Shown one piece after another: positions 1-9,137 of a stretch of 64,000 bases of DNA (within the stretch, counting starts at the first letter, position 1; each line of letters starts with the position of its first letter). The notes under the pieces are model-generated. The model saw only the letters and a list, made by a program, of their open reading frames with translations. It ran no database searches and had not been told where the DNA came from. The translations under genes were made by a program, and so were the position numbers. The stretch spans positions 35,043 through 99,042 of the forward strand of contig UQWL01000007.1 of the NCBI GenBank assembly GCA_900544715.1, in the 5' to 3' direction. The stretch is from an uncultured Oscillospiraceae bacterium. Lineage in GTDB: Bacteria > Bacillota > Clostridia > Oscillospirales > Acutalibacteraceae.

Positions 1-718
1 TCTGTGGAGAGCCGATAAAGCCCGCCACAAAAAGATTTTTAGGGCTGTGGTAAAGCGCCTGCGGCGTATCTACCTGCTGGATGATACCGTCTTTCATGAC
101 GACGATGCGGTCAGCCATCGTCATTGCCTCCGTCTGATCGTGCGTGACGTATACAAAGGTGGTTTCCAATTGCTTATGCAGGCGAATGATTTCCGTGCGC
201 ATCTGGGTGCGTAGCTTGGCATCCAGGTTGGAGAGAGGCTCGTCGAGCAGAAAAACAGAGGGGTTGCGCACCATGGCCCGGCCGAGCGCAACACGCTGCC
301 GCTGGCCGCCGGAGAGGGCGCGCGGCTTGCGGTTAAGGTATTCCTCGATGCCAAGCGTTTGGGCGGCCTCGTGCACCTTGCGGTCGATTTCCGTGCGCGG
401 CGTTTTGCGCAACATCAGCCCAAACGCCATATTTTTATAGACGGTCATATGCGGATACAGTGCGTAGTTTTGAAAAACCATCGCAATGTCCCGATCCTTC
501 GGCGCAACATTATTGACCTTTTTTTCACCGATGTAAAGCTCACCCGCCGTTATCTCTTCCAGCCCGGCGATCATGCGCAAAGTGGTCGATTTGCCGCAGC
601 CGGACGGCCCGACGAGGATGATGAATTCCTTGTCGCGGATTTCGAGATCCAGGCCCGGGATGACCGTTACTTTGTTGTCATACGTTTTTACAATATTTTT
701 TAGCGTGATGCCCGCCAT
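1..718 (-). CDS. Sugar ABC transporter ATP-binding protein (MsmK/MalK/UgpC family). The 3' end is cut by the window edge; the start codon is at 716-718.
   Basis: Reverse-strand translation reads [55 protein letters not shown]...[16 protein letters not shown]...[15 protein letters not shown], with Walker A, signature and Walker B motifs. An AGGAGG RBS sits upstream of the ATG. It is absent from the ORF track because it runs off the window. Confidence 0.85.
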   Translation of the reverse strand, partial: MAGITLKNIVKTYDNKVTVIPGLDLEIRDKEFIILVGPSGCGKSTTLRMIAGLEEITAGELYIGEKKVNNVAPKDRDIAMVFQNYALYPHMTVYKNMAFGLMLRKTPRTEIDRKVHEAAQTLGIEEYLNRKPRALSGGQRQRVALGRAMVRNPSVFLLDEPLSNLDAKLRTQMRTEIIRLHKQLETTFVYVTHDQTEAMTMADRIVVMKDGIIQQVDTPQALYHSPKNLFVAGFIGSPQ

Positions 719-908
719 GGAGCAGTCCTCCTGTCTATGATGCGTGTCGGTATTTTCCAAAAGTAGTATTGCCGCGAAATGCGCTTGGCAATCGTAAAAG
801 AGGCAGGTCTATAAAAATTTTGTTTAAATGACGCTTTGCCTCCACATAATAGGGATGTTCGTTGGCGTTTTTCAACGCCGAAAATCAGGACAAATGGAGG
901 ACTTTGAC

Positions 909-2267
909 ATGAAAAAGATGAAAAAGTGGATGGCAGTGCTTTTGACCTGCCTGATGCTCATCCCAACCCTCGCGGCCTGCAAACGGGAAGAAGCGCCGGA
1001 GGGCAACACAGGTAACAGCAATGCGGCCGGCAATGTCAATACGAATTTAAAGGGTACGGTTGATATCTTCCAATTTAAGGTGGAGATCAACGATGCGCTC
1101 AAAGCGGCAACGGAAACCTATATGAAAACGCACCCGAATGTGAAAATCAACCTGGAAACCGTGGGCGGCGGCTCGGACTATGGCGCGGCCCTCCGCACCA
1201 AAATGCAGAATGCGGATCAGCCGGAGATTTTTAACGTCGGCGGTCCGCAGGATGTGAAGGACTGGATTTCTAACCTGGAGGACTTAAGCGGTGAAGGCTG
1301 GACGAAACACGTGGTCGAGGGCCTGCTCGACGATGTGACACAGAATGGCAAGGTTTACGGAATGCCCTATGCGATTGAGGGATACGGCTTCGTCTATAAT
1401 AAGGATATCTTTGAGGCGGCGGGAATTGACGCGTCGAAACTCAAAACCTATGACGAGATCGACAAGGCGTTTGAGCAGCTCAAGAGCAAAATCGACAAGG
1501 GCGAGCTCAAGGATAAATTCCCGGCGCTGGAAGCGGTGCTGGAATTCCCGGTCAAGGAGAAGTGGGTCACTGGCCTTCACACCGGCAACATTGCCCTTGG
1601 ACAGGAGTTCGACAGCAACAAACAGGCGTATGAGTCCAAAACGCTCGATTTTAAATACGCTTCCCAGCTCAAGGATTTGATTGATTTACAAGTGAAATAC
1701 ACCAAGCATGCCGGCAACCCCGCGGCACTCAACGCGGTGGATTATTCGATGTCCGTCGGCGGTGGGCTGGCAATCGGGCGCGTTGCGGCTGTGCAGCAGG
1801 GCAACTGGATCTATCCGGAGGTTAAGGAGGTTGACCAGAAGCTGGCGGATCGCCTCGGTATCATTCCGATTCCGCTCAAGGGCGTCAGCGAGGGAAATAT
1901 TCCGGTTGGCGTGCCGATGTATTGGTGCGTCAACAGCAAATCTTCTGATGCGGATAAGGCCTGCGCAAAGGATTTCCTCAACTGGCTCTATCAGTCGGAA
2001 GAGGGGAAAAAGATCGTCGTGGAGCAGTTTAACTTCATCCCCGCCTATACGAATTATGGCGATATCAAGCCAAAGGATCCGCTGGGCGCTACGGTGAGCG
2101 AGTATGCAAATGCGGGCAAAACAGCGCCCTGGGTATTCATGGGCGAACCCACGGGCTGGGGCGAAAACACGCTCGGCGCTTCGATTCAGAGCTATGTGTC
2201 AAAAAAGACAACGTGGGATAAACTCATCAGCGATGCAAAGGCCAAATGGGCATCTGATCGCAAATAA
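909..2267 (+). CDS. ABC transporter substrate-binding lipoprotein for a carbohydrate (solute-binding protein family 1).
   Basis: MKKMKKWMAVLLTCLMLIPTLAAC is a signal peptide with an LAAC lipobox. AAATGGAGGA RBS upstream of the ATG at 909. The size and composition are typical of a sugar SBP. Confidence 0.8.
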   Translation: MKKMKKWMAVLLTCLMLIPTLAACKREEAPEGNTGNSNAAGNVNTNLKGTVDIFQFKVEINDALKAATETYMKTHPNVKINLETVGGGSDYGAALRTKMQNADQPEIFNVGGPQDVKDWISNLEDLSGEGWTKHVVEGLLDDVTQNGKVYGMPYAIEGYGFVYNKDIFEAAGIDASKLKTYDEIDKAFEQLKSKIDKGELKDKFPALEAVLEFPVKEKWVTGLHTGNIALGQEFDSNKQAYESKTLDFKYASQLKDLIDLQVKYTKHAGNPAALNAVDYSMSVGGGLAIGRVAAVQQGNWIYPEVKEVDQKLADRLGIIPIPLKGVSEGNIPVGVPMYWCVNSKSSDADKACAKDFLNWLYQSEEGKKIVVEQFNFIPAYTNYGDIKPKDPLGATVSEYANAGKTAPWVFMGEPTGWGENTLGASIQSYVSKKTTWDKLISDAKAKWASDRK

Positions 2268-2417
2268 TAGTTGCGGAAGACAATCCGCAGCGCTTCGGGT
2301 GGGCGGATAAAGCCCGCCTGGGGCGCATGCCGTTACATCCCGCCGCCTCGGTCGGCGAATCCCGCCGCCTTGGTCGGCGAATCCCGCCGCCCAGGGCGGC
2401 GTGAGGAGGAACCTTGT

Positions 2418-3284
2418 GTGAAAAAATCAAAATTGGGCTATTGGTGCTTCCTGTTGCCGTCGCTGCTGGCGTTTCTCATCGTCGAGCTCATTCCGGCGGC
2501 AACAGGGCTTGGATATTCTCTGACGGACTGGAACGGAATATCCGGGGATGTCAATTTCGTCGGCCTCAAGAACTACCTTGAAGTTTTCCGAAATGATCCG
2601 CAATTCTGGCGGGCATTCGGGTTTACGGCGGTCTTTGCCGTATGCGCTGTCATCAGTGTCAACCTGGTGGGCTTTTGCCTGGCACTGCTGGTGACCTCCA
2701 AAATCAAGGGAACAACGCTCATGCGCGGCGTGTTTTTTCTGCCGAACCTGATCGGCGGCATTCTGCTGGGCTTTACCTGGCAGTTTATCTTCGTGCAAGC
2801 ATTTGAGGCACTCGGAAAAGCGACGGGGATTGCATGGCTGCAGGGGTGGCTATCAGATACGGCAACCTCTTTTTTCGGCCTGCTGATCGTGGTGACCTGG
2901 CAGCTTTCCGGCTATATGATGATCATCTATATTGCACAGCTTCAGAACATCCCGGATAACCTTTTAGAGGCGGCGGAGATTGACGGCGCGAATAGCTGGC
3001 AAAAGCTCAGGAGCATCACCCTGCCGCTGGTTGCGCCCGCATTCACCGTGGGGCTTTTTCTCTCGCTATCCAATTGCTTTAAACTTTATGACCAAAACCT
3101 GGCGCTGACCAATGGCGGACCCTTCGACTCCACCGAAATGATCGCACTCAATATCTACAATACAGCGTTTCGATATAATAACCTGGGCCTCGCGCAGGCG
3201 AAGGCGGTTATTTTCCTCATCATCGTGGCGGCAATTGGGCTGACACAGCTCTATTTCAGCAAACGGAAAGAGGTGGAGATGTAA
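2418..3284 (+). CDS. Sugar ABC transporter permease (MalF/UgpA-like).
   Basis: Multi-TM protein. It carries the EAAxxDGA permease signature (LEAAEIDGANSWQKLRSITLP). GTG start follows a GAGGAGGAA RBS. Confidence 0.8.
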   Translation: MKKSKLGYWCFLLPSLLAFLIVELIPAATGLGYSLTDWNGISGDVNFVGLKNYLEVFRNDPQFWRAFGFTAVFAVCAVISVNLVGFCLALLVTSKIKGTTLMRGVFFLPNLIGGILLGFTWQFIFVQAFEALGKATGIAWLQGWLSDTATSFFGLLIVVTWQLSGYMMIIYIAQLQNIPDNLLEAAEIDGANSWQKLRSITLPLVAPAFTVGLFLSLSNCFKLYDQNLALTNGGPFDSTEMIALNIYNTAFRYNNLGLAQAKAVIFLIIVAAIGLTQLYFSKRKEVEM

Positions 3285-4114
3285 TGACGGCAAAAAAAAT
3301 CGGCCGGGGGCTTCTCACGGCCCTGGGGCTTGTGCTATCGGCTTTTTTTATCTCCCCGATCCTGATTTTGATCGTCAACTCCTTCAAATCCCTGAAGGAT
3401 ATTTATCTCAATGTGCTCGCCCTGCCGAACCGAGAGACCTTCACGGCGGAAAATTACCCACAGGCCTATGAAAAGCTGGATTTTTTCACTTCGTTCGGCA
3501 ATTCACTTGCTATTACGGTGAGCGCAATCGTGCTGCTCCTGATTTTTTGCTCCATGGCGGCGTGGGTGCTTGCGCGGTATAAAACGAAGATGAGCTCGTT
3601 TATTTTCATGCTCTATGCGGCCGCAACGCTGATTCCTTTTCAATGCGTCATGCTGCCGTTGATCCGTTTTATGGATGGGCTGAATCTGATGAACCGCCCC
3701 GGTTTGGTTTTCATGTATCTGGGTTTTGGATCGAGCCTTTCCATCATCCTGCTGCACGGTTTTATCAAAAATGTGCCGGTGGAGCTGGAGGAAGCGGCGC
3801 GCATCGACGGCTGCAATATGGTACAGACCTTTTTTCGAATCGTTTTTCCGCTGCTGAAAACGATTCTTATCACCGTTGCGATTCTCAACGCGATGTGGAT
3901 CTGGAACGATTTTCTTCTGCCTCAGCTCGTCATCAATAAGCCGGGCTGGCAGACGCTGCCGCTGAAAACATTTTTGTTCTTCGGCCAGTTTTCCAAGCGG
4001 TGGGATCTCGCCACGGCGGGGCTGCTCATGTGCATGGCGCCGATCGTACTATTTTATCTTTTCTGCCAAAAATATATTATCAAAGGCGTGACCGAAGGCG
4101 CGGTCAAGGGTTGA
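3284..4114 (+). CDS. Sugar ABC transporter permease (MalG/UgpE-like).
   Basis: ATG overlaps the upstream stop (ATGTAATG). Six-TM protein with the EAARIDGCN signature. Confidence 0.8.
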   Translation: MTAKKIGRGLLTALGLVLSAFFISPILILIVNSFKSLKDIYLNVLALPNRETFTAENYPQAYEKLDFFTSFGNSLAITVSAIVLLLIFCSMAAWVLARYKTKMSSFIFMLYAAATLIPFQCVMLPLIRFMDGLNLMNRPGLVFMYLGFGSSLSIILLHGFIKNVPVELEEAARIDGCNMVQTFFRIVFPLLKTILITVAILNAMWIWNDFLLPQLVINKPGWQTLPLKTFLFFGQFSKRWDLATAGLLMCMAPIVLFYLFCQKYIIKGVTEGAVKG

Positions 4115-4129
4115 ATAGGAGGCTCCGTA

Positions 4130-4813
4130 TTGAATCTATATCATTTGCTTTACGAAAGCCCCGCACAGCGGCCTGCCCGGCACGAGCCCCGCACAGCGGC
4201 CGGTCGGTTCCTGCAGGTTGTCTGGCGGGAAGGCTTGACGCTGATGCAACTCAACCTACTTTTTCTGTGCGCATGCCTGCCGGTGCTGACCATAGGCCCG
4301 GCGCTGGGGGCGCTGGCCGCGGTGACGGGAAAGCTCGTGCGGGATGAGCCGGTTTTGCTCTGGCGGGATTATTGGGGCGCCTTCCGCAGAACGTTCCGGC
4401 CCTGCTTTTGGTCGGGGCTGATTCTGGGGGGCTGCGGCGCCGGATTGGGCGCGGCTGCGACCGCGGCGATTCTCTTTTTGCCGGAAAGCGCCTGGCAGTA
4501 TGCCCTGGTGTGCGGGGCGTGCGCACTGTGGCTGATCCTGTGCGGCGCGGCAGTCTACCTCTTTCCGCTTCAGGGGGAGGGGAAAGGCGCGGCCTGGCGC
4601 AGGGCGTGGCTGCTTTCGCTTCGTTTTCCGCAGCGTGCCCTGCCGTGTGCGCTGGGCGTTACAGCCGCACTGTTGGCGGGGATTCTTTTGGCACCGTATT
4701 CTGTGCCGGTGGTCTTGCTGTTTCTCTGTGCCGGGGCGGCCCTCGCGGTGCGCTGCGTGCTGGAGAAGGATTTGCAGAGGGCCGAAAAGGCAAAATTCCC
4801 TTCTTTTGATTGA
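4130..4813 (+). CDS. YesL/DUF624 family membrane protein.
   Basis: The N-terminus (FLQVVWREGLTLMQLNLLFLCACLPVLTIGPALGALAAV) is typical of DUF624 proteins, which sit downstream of Firmicute sugar ABC permeases. Confidence 0.65.
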   Translation: MNLYHLLYESPAQRPARHEPRTAAGRFLQVVWREGLTLMQLNLLFLCACLPVLTIGPALGALAAVTGKLVRDEPVLLWRDYWGAFRRTFRPCFWSGLILGGCGAGLGAAATAAILFLPESAWQYALVCGACALWLILCGAAVYLFPLQGEGKGAAWRRAWLLSLRFPQRALPCALGVTAALLAGILLAPYSVPVVLLFLCAGAALAVRCVLEKDLQRAEKAKFPSFD

Positions 4814-4838
4814 CATGCCCCCCTGATTTGTTTATAAT
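4810..4838 (+). promoter_or_regulatory. Near-consensus sigma-A promoter (TTGACA, 17 nt, TATAAT).
   Basis: TTGACA is at 4810-4815 and TATAAT at 4833-4838, with exactly 17 nt between them. Confidence 0.55.
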
Positions 4839-4844
4839 AAATCT

Positions 4845-5032
4845 GGTCAATAGGGGAGTAGTCAGTATCGCGGTGGCAAAGGCTGCGGTGCGGTTAAATC
4901 AACATCGTGGAGTACCCGGCTGCGCGTACTTCTGGTTTAGCATGAAATGACGAGACCTGTGTTTCCGGGAGTTGAGGAACACAGGCCTCGTTTTTTAAAT
5001 AACACTCCAAAAATACAGGGGGAATGTAACAA
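4845..5032 (+). promoter_or_regulatory. About 190-nt structured 5' leader (candidate riboswitch or attenuator) upstream of oadB.
   Basis: It lies between a consensus promoter and the first gene. It contains several local helices (for example GAGUAC-CCGGCUGCGC-GUACUU) and ends in an intrinsic terminator about 40 nt before the ATG. Confidence 0.35.
4951..4996 (+). terminator. Intrinsic terminator hairpin with a U6 tract inside the oadB leader.
   Basis: CGAGACCTGTGTTTCCGGGAGTTGAGGAACACAGGCCTCG followed by TTTTTT. Confidence 0.6.
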
Positions 5033-6163
5033 ATGAGCTTCCTTTGGGAAGGGCTGCTTGCGATTACCTGGCAGCAGATCGTGATGTACATTGTGGGAGG
5101 CGTGCTGATCTATCTTGCTATCTGCAAGGATTTTGAGCCTGCGCTGCTGATGCCCATGGGCTTTGGCGCGATTCTGGTCAACCTGCCGTTCAGCGGCGTG
5201 CTCGATCAGACGATGCAGGGCGTGGGAGAAACGCATGGGATTATCCAGTGGCTGTTCAATGTGGGAATTGAAACGTCGGAGGCGTTGCCAATCCTGCTGT
5301 TCATCGGCATCGGTGCGATGATTGATTTCGGCCCGCTGCTTTCCAACCCGAAAATGTTCCTCTTCGGCGCGGCAGCGCAGTTCGGCATTTTCTTTGCCAT
5401 TGCGGCGGCCACGCTGTTGGGCTTTGACTTAAAGGACGCTGCCTCCATCGGCATCATCGGTGCGGCGGACGGCCCGACCTCCATCCTGGTTTCGCAGGTG
5501 CTTGGCTCCCAATATGTCGGTGCGATCGCTGTGGCAGCGTATTCCTACATGGCGCTGGTGCCCATTATCCAGCCTGTTGTCATCAAGGCGATCACCACAA
5601 AGAAGGAACGCCTCATCCGGATGCCGCACGTCAAGGCGAAAACGATCTCCAAGCGCACGCGCATCCTCTTCCCCATCATGGTGACCCTCATCGCGGGCCT
5701 GGTTGCCCCCATGTCCGTCTCCCTGGTCGGCTTTTTGATGTTTGGCAACCTCCTGCGCGAGTGCGGTGTGCTCAAGCGCCTGTCTGAAACAGCGCAGAAT
5801 GAGTTTGCCAATATCATCACCCTGCTGCTTGGTATCACGATCTCCTTCAGCATGCGCGCGGAGCAGTTCGTCACGCTTAATACGCTGATGATTATCATTC
5901 TTGGCCTGCTTGCCTTTGTGTTCGATACCTTCGGCGGCGTTATGTTTGCAAAAATCCTCAACCTCTTCACGAAGAACAAGGTCAACCCCATGATCGGCGC
6001 GGCGGGCATCTCCGCCTTCCCGATGGCGGCGCGCGTGGTGCAGAAGATGGGCCTCGCAGAGGATAAGGAAAACCACCTGCTCATGGAGGCGGTCGGCGCG
6101 AACGTATCCGGCCAGATCGCATCCGTCGTGGCGGGCGGCGTAATCCTCGGTTTCTTCAAATAA
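5033..6163 (+). CDS. Na+-translocating decarboxylase beta subunit (OadB/GcdB/MmdB family).
   Basis: It aligns along its full length with the OadB family: FEPALLMPMGFG, MIDFGPLLSNPKMFLFGAAAQFGIF, IGIIGAADGPTSI, AIAVAAYSYMALVPIIQP, FGNLLRECGVLKRLSETAQN, NKVNPMIGAAGISAFPMAARV. Confidence 0.85.
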   Translation: MSFLWEGLLAITWQQIVMYIVGGVLIYLAICKDFEPALLMPMGFGAILVNLPFSGVLDQTMQGVGETHGIIQWLFNVGIETSEALPILLFIGIGAMIDFGPLLSNPKMFLFGAAAQFGIFFAIAAATLLGFDLKDAASIGIIGAADGPTSILVSQVLGSQYVGAIAVAAYSYMALVPIIQPVVIKAITTKKERLIRMPHVKAKTISKRTRILFPIMVTLIAGLVAPMSVSLVGFLMFGNLLRECGVLKRLSETAQNEFANIITLLLGITISFSMRAEQFVTLNTLMIIILGLLAFVFDTFGGVMFAKILNLFTKNKVNPMIGAAGISAFPMAARVVQKMGLAEDKENHLLMEAVGANVSGQIASVVAGGVILGFFK

Positions 6164-6178
6164 GGGCAGGAAAGGAGA

Positions 6179-6415
6179 ATGACAATGGCTGAACTGATGC
6201 TTTTATCGATCCCGTGGGCGGATCGGATGCATAATTTTATGACCTCGCTCGGCTTTATGGGCAAAGGGATGGGCGGTATTCTGGCTGTCATCCTGCTGAT
6301 TACCCTCCTTGTGGCTCTGATTATGAAAGTGGAGCCGATGATCGCCCAAAAGGAGGAGGCGCGCAGGGCAAAGAAGCTGGAAAAGCGTGCGCAGAAGGAA
6401 GCCTCCGGGCAGTAA
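6179..6415 (+). CDS. Small single-TM membrane protein, possibly an OadG-like decarboxylase gamma subunit.
   Basis: 78 aa with one TM helix (ILAVILLITLLVALIM) and a charged C-terminal tail. It sits immediately downstream of oadB behind an AAAGGAG RBS. Confidence 0.4.
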   Translation: MTMAELMLLSIPWADRMHNFMTSLGFMGKGMGGILAVILLITLLVALIMKVEPMIAQKEEARRAKKLEKRAQKEASGQ

Positions 6416-6544
6416 AGAGACCGAACGAAGCAATCATTTATTTGCCCGCCGCCGGAGCAGAAAGAGGCCTCCGGCGGCGGAGTTTTTGCATTTTTACGCT
6501 CTTTTGTGTATACTCGGTAGCAGATATGTGAGAAAGGGTGACGG

Positions 6545-7243
6545 ATGATGGATGCCTGCCGCATTTTGGTTGTGGAGGATGACGCCGATATTAACGCGCT
6601 GCTCTGCCGGATTTTATCCGGCGCGGGTTACCGGGTGGAGAGCGCGTTTTCCGGCACGGAGGCGCAGCTGCGCCTGCAAATGGGGGAATATGACCTCCTG
6701 CTGCTGGATTTGATGCTTCCCGGCCTTGCGGGGGAGGAGCTGATCGCCTGGCTGCGTGCGGAAAAGATGATGCCGGTGATCGTGCTGTCCGCAAAGGCCG
6801 GGCTGGATGCGCGCGTGAACGCGCTGCGGCTTGGCGCGGATGATTTTATCCAGAAGCCATTTGAAAACGAAGAGGTGCTCGCCCGGGTGGAGGCGCAGCT
6901 CAGGCGGTGTAGGCTGTTTTCTTCTGCACAGCAGTCTCCCCAGCTGCATATCGGGCGGCTAACGCTGGACTGCGAGACGATGGAGGCGCAGGCAAACGGG
7001 CAAAAGCTCGCGCTGACCGCGCGGGAATTTGCCATTCTGGAGCTGATGATGCGCTATCCGCGCCGCGTTTTCACGCGGGAGAACCTGTATGAGCAGATCT
7101 GGGGCGAGCCGTATTATGGGGAGGATAACACGGTGAACGTGCACATTTCCAACCTCCGGGCCAAGCTCCATAAGGCGGATCCGGAAGGGGAGTATATCAA
7201 AACCGTTTGGGGCATCGGCTTTAAAATGGCGCAGGAGGATTGA
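6545..7243 (+). CDS. OmpR-family response regulator.
   Basis: Receiver domain (ILVVEDDADIN...LLLLDLMLPGLAGEE...VIVLSAK) followed by a winged-helix DNA-binding domain (TVNVHISNLRAKL...VWGIGFK). Confidence 0.85.
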   Translation: MMDACRILVVEDDADINALLCRILSGAGYRVESAFSGTEAQLRLQMGEYDLLLLDLMLPGLAGEELIAWLRAEKMMPVIVLSAKAGLDARVNALRLGADDFIQKPFENEEVLARVEAQLRRCRLFSSAQQSPQLHIGRLTLDCETMEAQANGQKLALTAREFAILELMMRYPRRVFTRENLYEQIWGEPYYGEDNTVNVHISNLRAKLHKADPEGEYIKTVWGIGFKMAQED

Positions 7244-7395
7244 CGCGGCGTGCCCTCAATGGGGCAGAAGAGGTACTGCCCTGATCTTTAAACTTTCTTT
7301 AAGCTTTTTTATGCCTTTCTTGTTTTGGGGGCGGTATGCTTTGTTCAGCCCCAAAGAGACGGGGCGCTTACAATCAGGAAAGGTGATGAAGGAAT

Positions 7396-8325
7396 ATGGC
7401 GCAAACTTTATTGGCGACCCGCCAGATCACAAAGCGCTATGGCTCCTCGGTGGCGGTGGATGGGGTGAGCCTCACGCTGCAAGAGGGGCAGATTTATGGC
7501 CTGGTCGGCCAAAACGGCGCGGGTAAAACGACCTTGATGCGGATGATGACCGGCCAGACACTCCCCTCTTCCGGGGAATTGGAGCTGTTCGGTGAAACCT
7601 CGCCCCAGGGCATTGACCGCATGCGCGCAAACTTGGGAGCAGTGGTGGAAACGCCAAGCTTTTTTCCATTCTTTACGGCGCATGAGAATTTAGAATACTA
7701 CCGCCGCCAGCGCGGCATCGTGGGCAGGGGCTGCATTGACGATGCGCTCCGGCAGGTGGAGCTGGGTGATACGGGCAGCAAAAAATTTAAGGATTTCTCG
7801 CTCGGTATGAAACAGCGGCTGGGGCTTGCGCTCGCGCTGATGAACCGCCCGGCGCTGCTGCTGCTTGATGAGCCGATCAACGGCCTTGACCCGATGGGCA
7901 TCGCACACTTTCGCCACCTGATCCAAAAGCTGTGTGAGGAAAACGGGGTGACGGTGCTCATCTCCAGCCACATTTTAAGCGAGCTGGAAAGCTTTGCAAC
8001 CTGCTATGGCTTTATCCACCGCGGCAAGCTCATTGAGCAGATTTCCGAAAAGCTGCTGCGCGAGCGCTGCCGGGAGTGCCTGGAGATTCTCGTGGACAGC
8101 ACGGAAAAGGCGGCCGTTTCCATCGAACGGGAGCTTGGCTGCACAAATTATGAGATTCTGCCGGGTGGCAAAATGCGGCTCTATGACTATCTCGATGCGC
8201 CCGCAAAGGTGACGCACACGCTTGCCTCCAACGGGGTGGAAATCTCCGGCGTCACCAATCAGGGCTCGAACCTGGAGGAATATTTCCTCACGCTGATTGG
8301 AGAGGAGGGCGGGCGAGATGCTTAA
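7396..8325 (+). CDS. ABC transporter ATP-binding protein (BcrA/lantibiotic-protection type).
   Basis: Walker A GQNGAGKTT, signature LSLGMKQRLGLALAL, Walker B LLLLDEP. Confidence 0.85.
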   Translation: MAQTLLATRQITKRYGSSVAVDGVSLTLQEGQIYGLVGQNGAGKTTLMRMMTGQTLPSSGELELFGETSPQGIDRMRANLGAVVETPSFFPFFTAHENLEYYRRQRGIVGRGCIDDALRQVELGDTGSKKFKDFSLGMKQRLGLALALMNRPALLLLDEPINGLDPMGIAHFRHLIQKLCEENGVTVLISSHILSELESFATCYGFIHRGKLIEQISEKLLRERCRECLEILVDSTEKAAVSIERELGCTNYEILPGGKMRLYDYLDAPAKVTHTLASNGVEISGVTNQGSNLEEYFLTLIGEEGGRDA

Positions 8326-9115
8326 TTATATTGGCAGTGAGCTGTATAAAACCTTCCGTCGGAAATATACGAAAATTGCGCTGGCAGTCATTGCGCTGCT
8401 TTGTATTGCCGGCAACGCATTGGTGCGCATGGTTTTTTCGATGGCGGGCACGCTGGATTCCGCTTACCCGTTCTATCTTGGCATTATGCTTATGCCAATG
8501 TGCTTTGCGCTTTTAACGATCGTTGTGGATGCGGTGTTTTCCGATGAATATAAATATGGTACGCTCAAAAACACCATTTCGTTCGGCATCAGCCGTGCAG
8601 AGATTTATTTTGGCAAGCTGATTGTGGAGATCATCCTGATGCTTTCTACCATTGCGCTGGTGCTGGTGGTTTATACGGCGAGCGGGCTGCTTTTCTCGCA
8701 GATCGGCGCACACGGGGCGATCGAATGGCAGGCGGTGCGCCTCTTTTTGGAAAAAACCGCGCTTTCCCTGCCGCTGTGGCTCGGTATGCTCGGTATTCTG
8801 AACCTTTTGGTGTTCTCATTCCGCAGCAATACGCTTTTCGGCTTCAGCGCGATGATTGTGTTCTCCTTCCCCGGGCCAGTGCTTGGCCTGATGAGGGGCG
8901 TGGTGCCCGAGCTCGGCACGCTTTATAAGCTGACGCTCGCCAGGCAGTTTGAGCAGCTCACCGGCGGCGCGGGCTTTCTGCTGGGCGGCCCCGGGCCGGC
9001 GGCACGCCCCGTGGAGCCGGAGATCATCCCCTGGTGTATCCTGGTGGGGCTTGCATGGTTTGTGCTGTCCTCCATTGCCGGATGCCTGCTCTTCCGGCGC
9101 AGGGAGATTAAATAA
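8318..9115 (+). CDS. ABC-2 family permease (six TM segments).
   Basis: MLNYIGSELYKTFRRKYTKIALAVIALL is a typical ABC-2 permease N-terminus. The internal ATG at 8318 overlaps the ATPase stop. Confidence 0.7.
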   Translation: MLNYIGSELYKTFRRKYTKIALAVIALLCIAGNALVRMVFSMAGTLDSAYPFYLGIMLMPMCFALLTIVVDAVFSDEYKYGTLKNTISFGISRAEIYFGKLIVEIILMLSTIALVLVVYTASGLLFSQIGAHGAIEWQAVRLFLEKTALSLPLWLGMLGILNLLVFSFRSNTLFGFSAMIVFSFPGPVLGLMRGVVPELGTLYKLTLARQFEQLTGGAGFLLGGPGPAARPVEPEIIPWCILVGLAWFVLSSIAGCLLFRRREIK

Positions 9116-9137
9116 AGTTGAAAAGAAGAGGGCGGTC

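Noticed and set aside
5545-6564. 339-aa ORF on the minus strand fully antisense to oadB.
   Set aside because: It is a shadow ORF. In a 60% GC genome antisense frames stay open. The product is Arg/Ser-rich with no motifs, and the sense frame has unambiguous family similarity.
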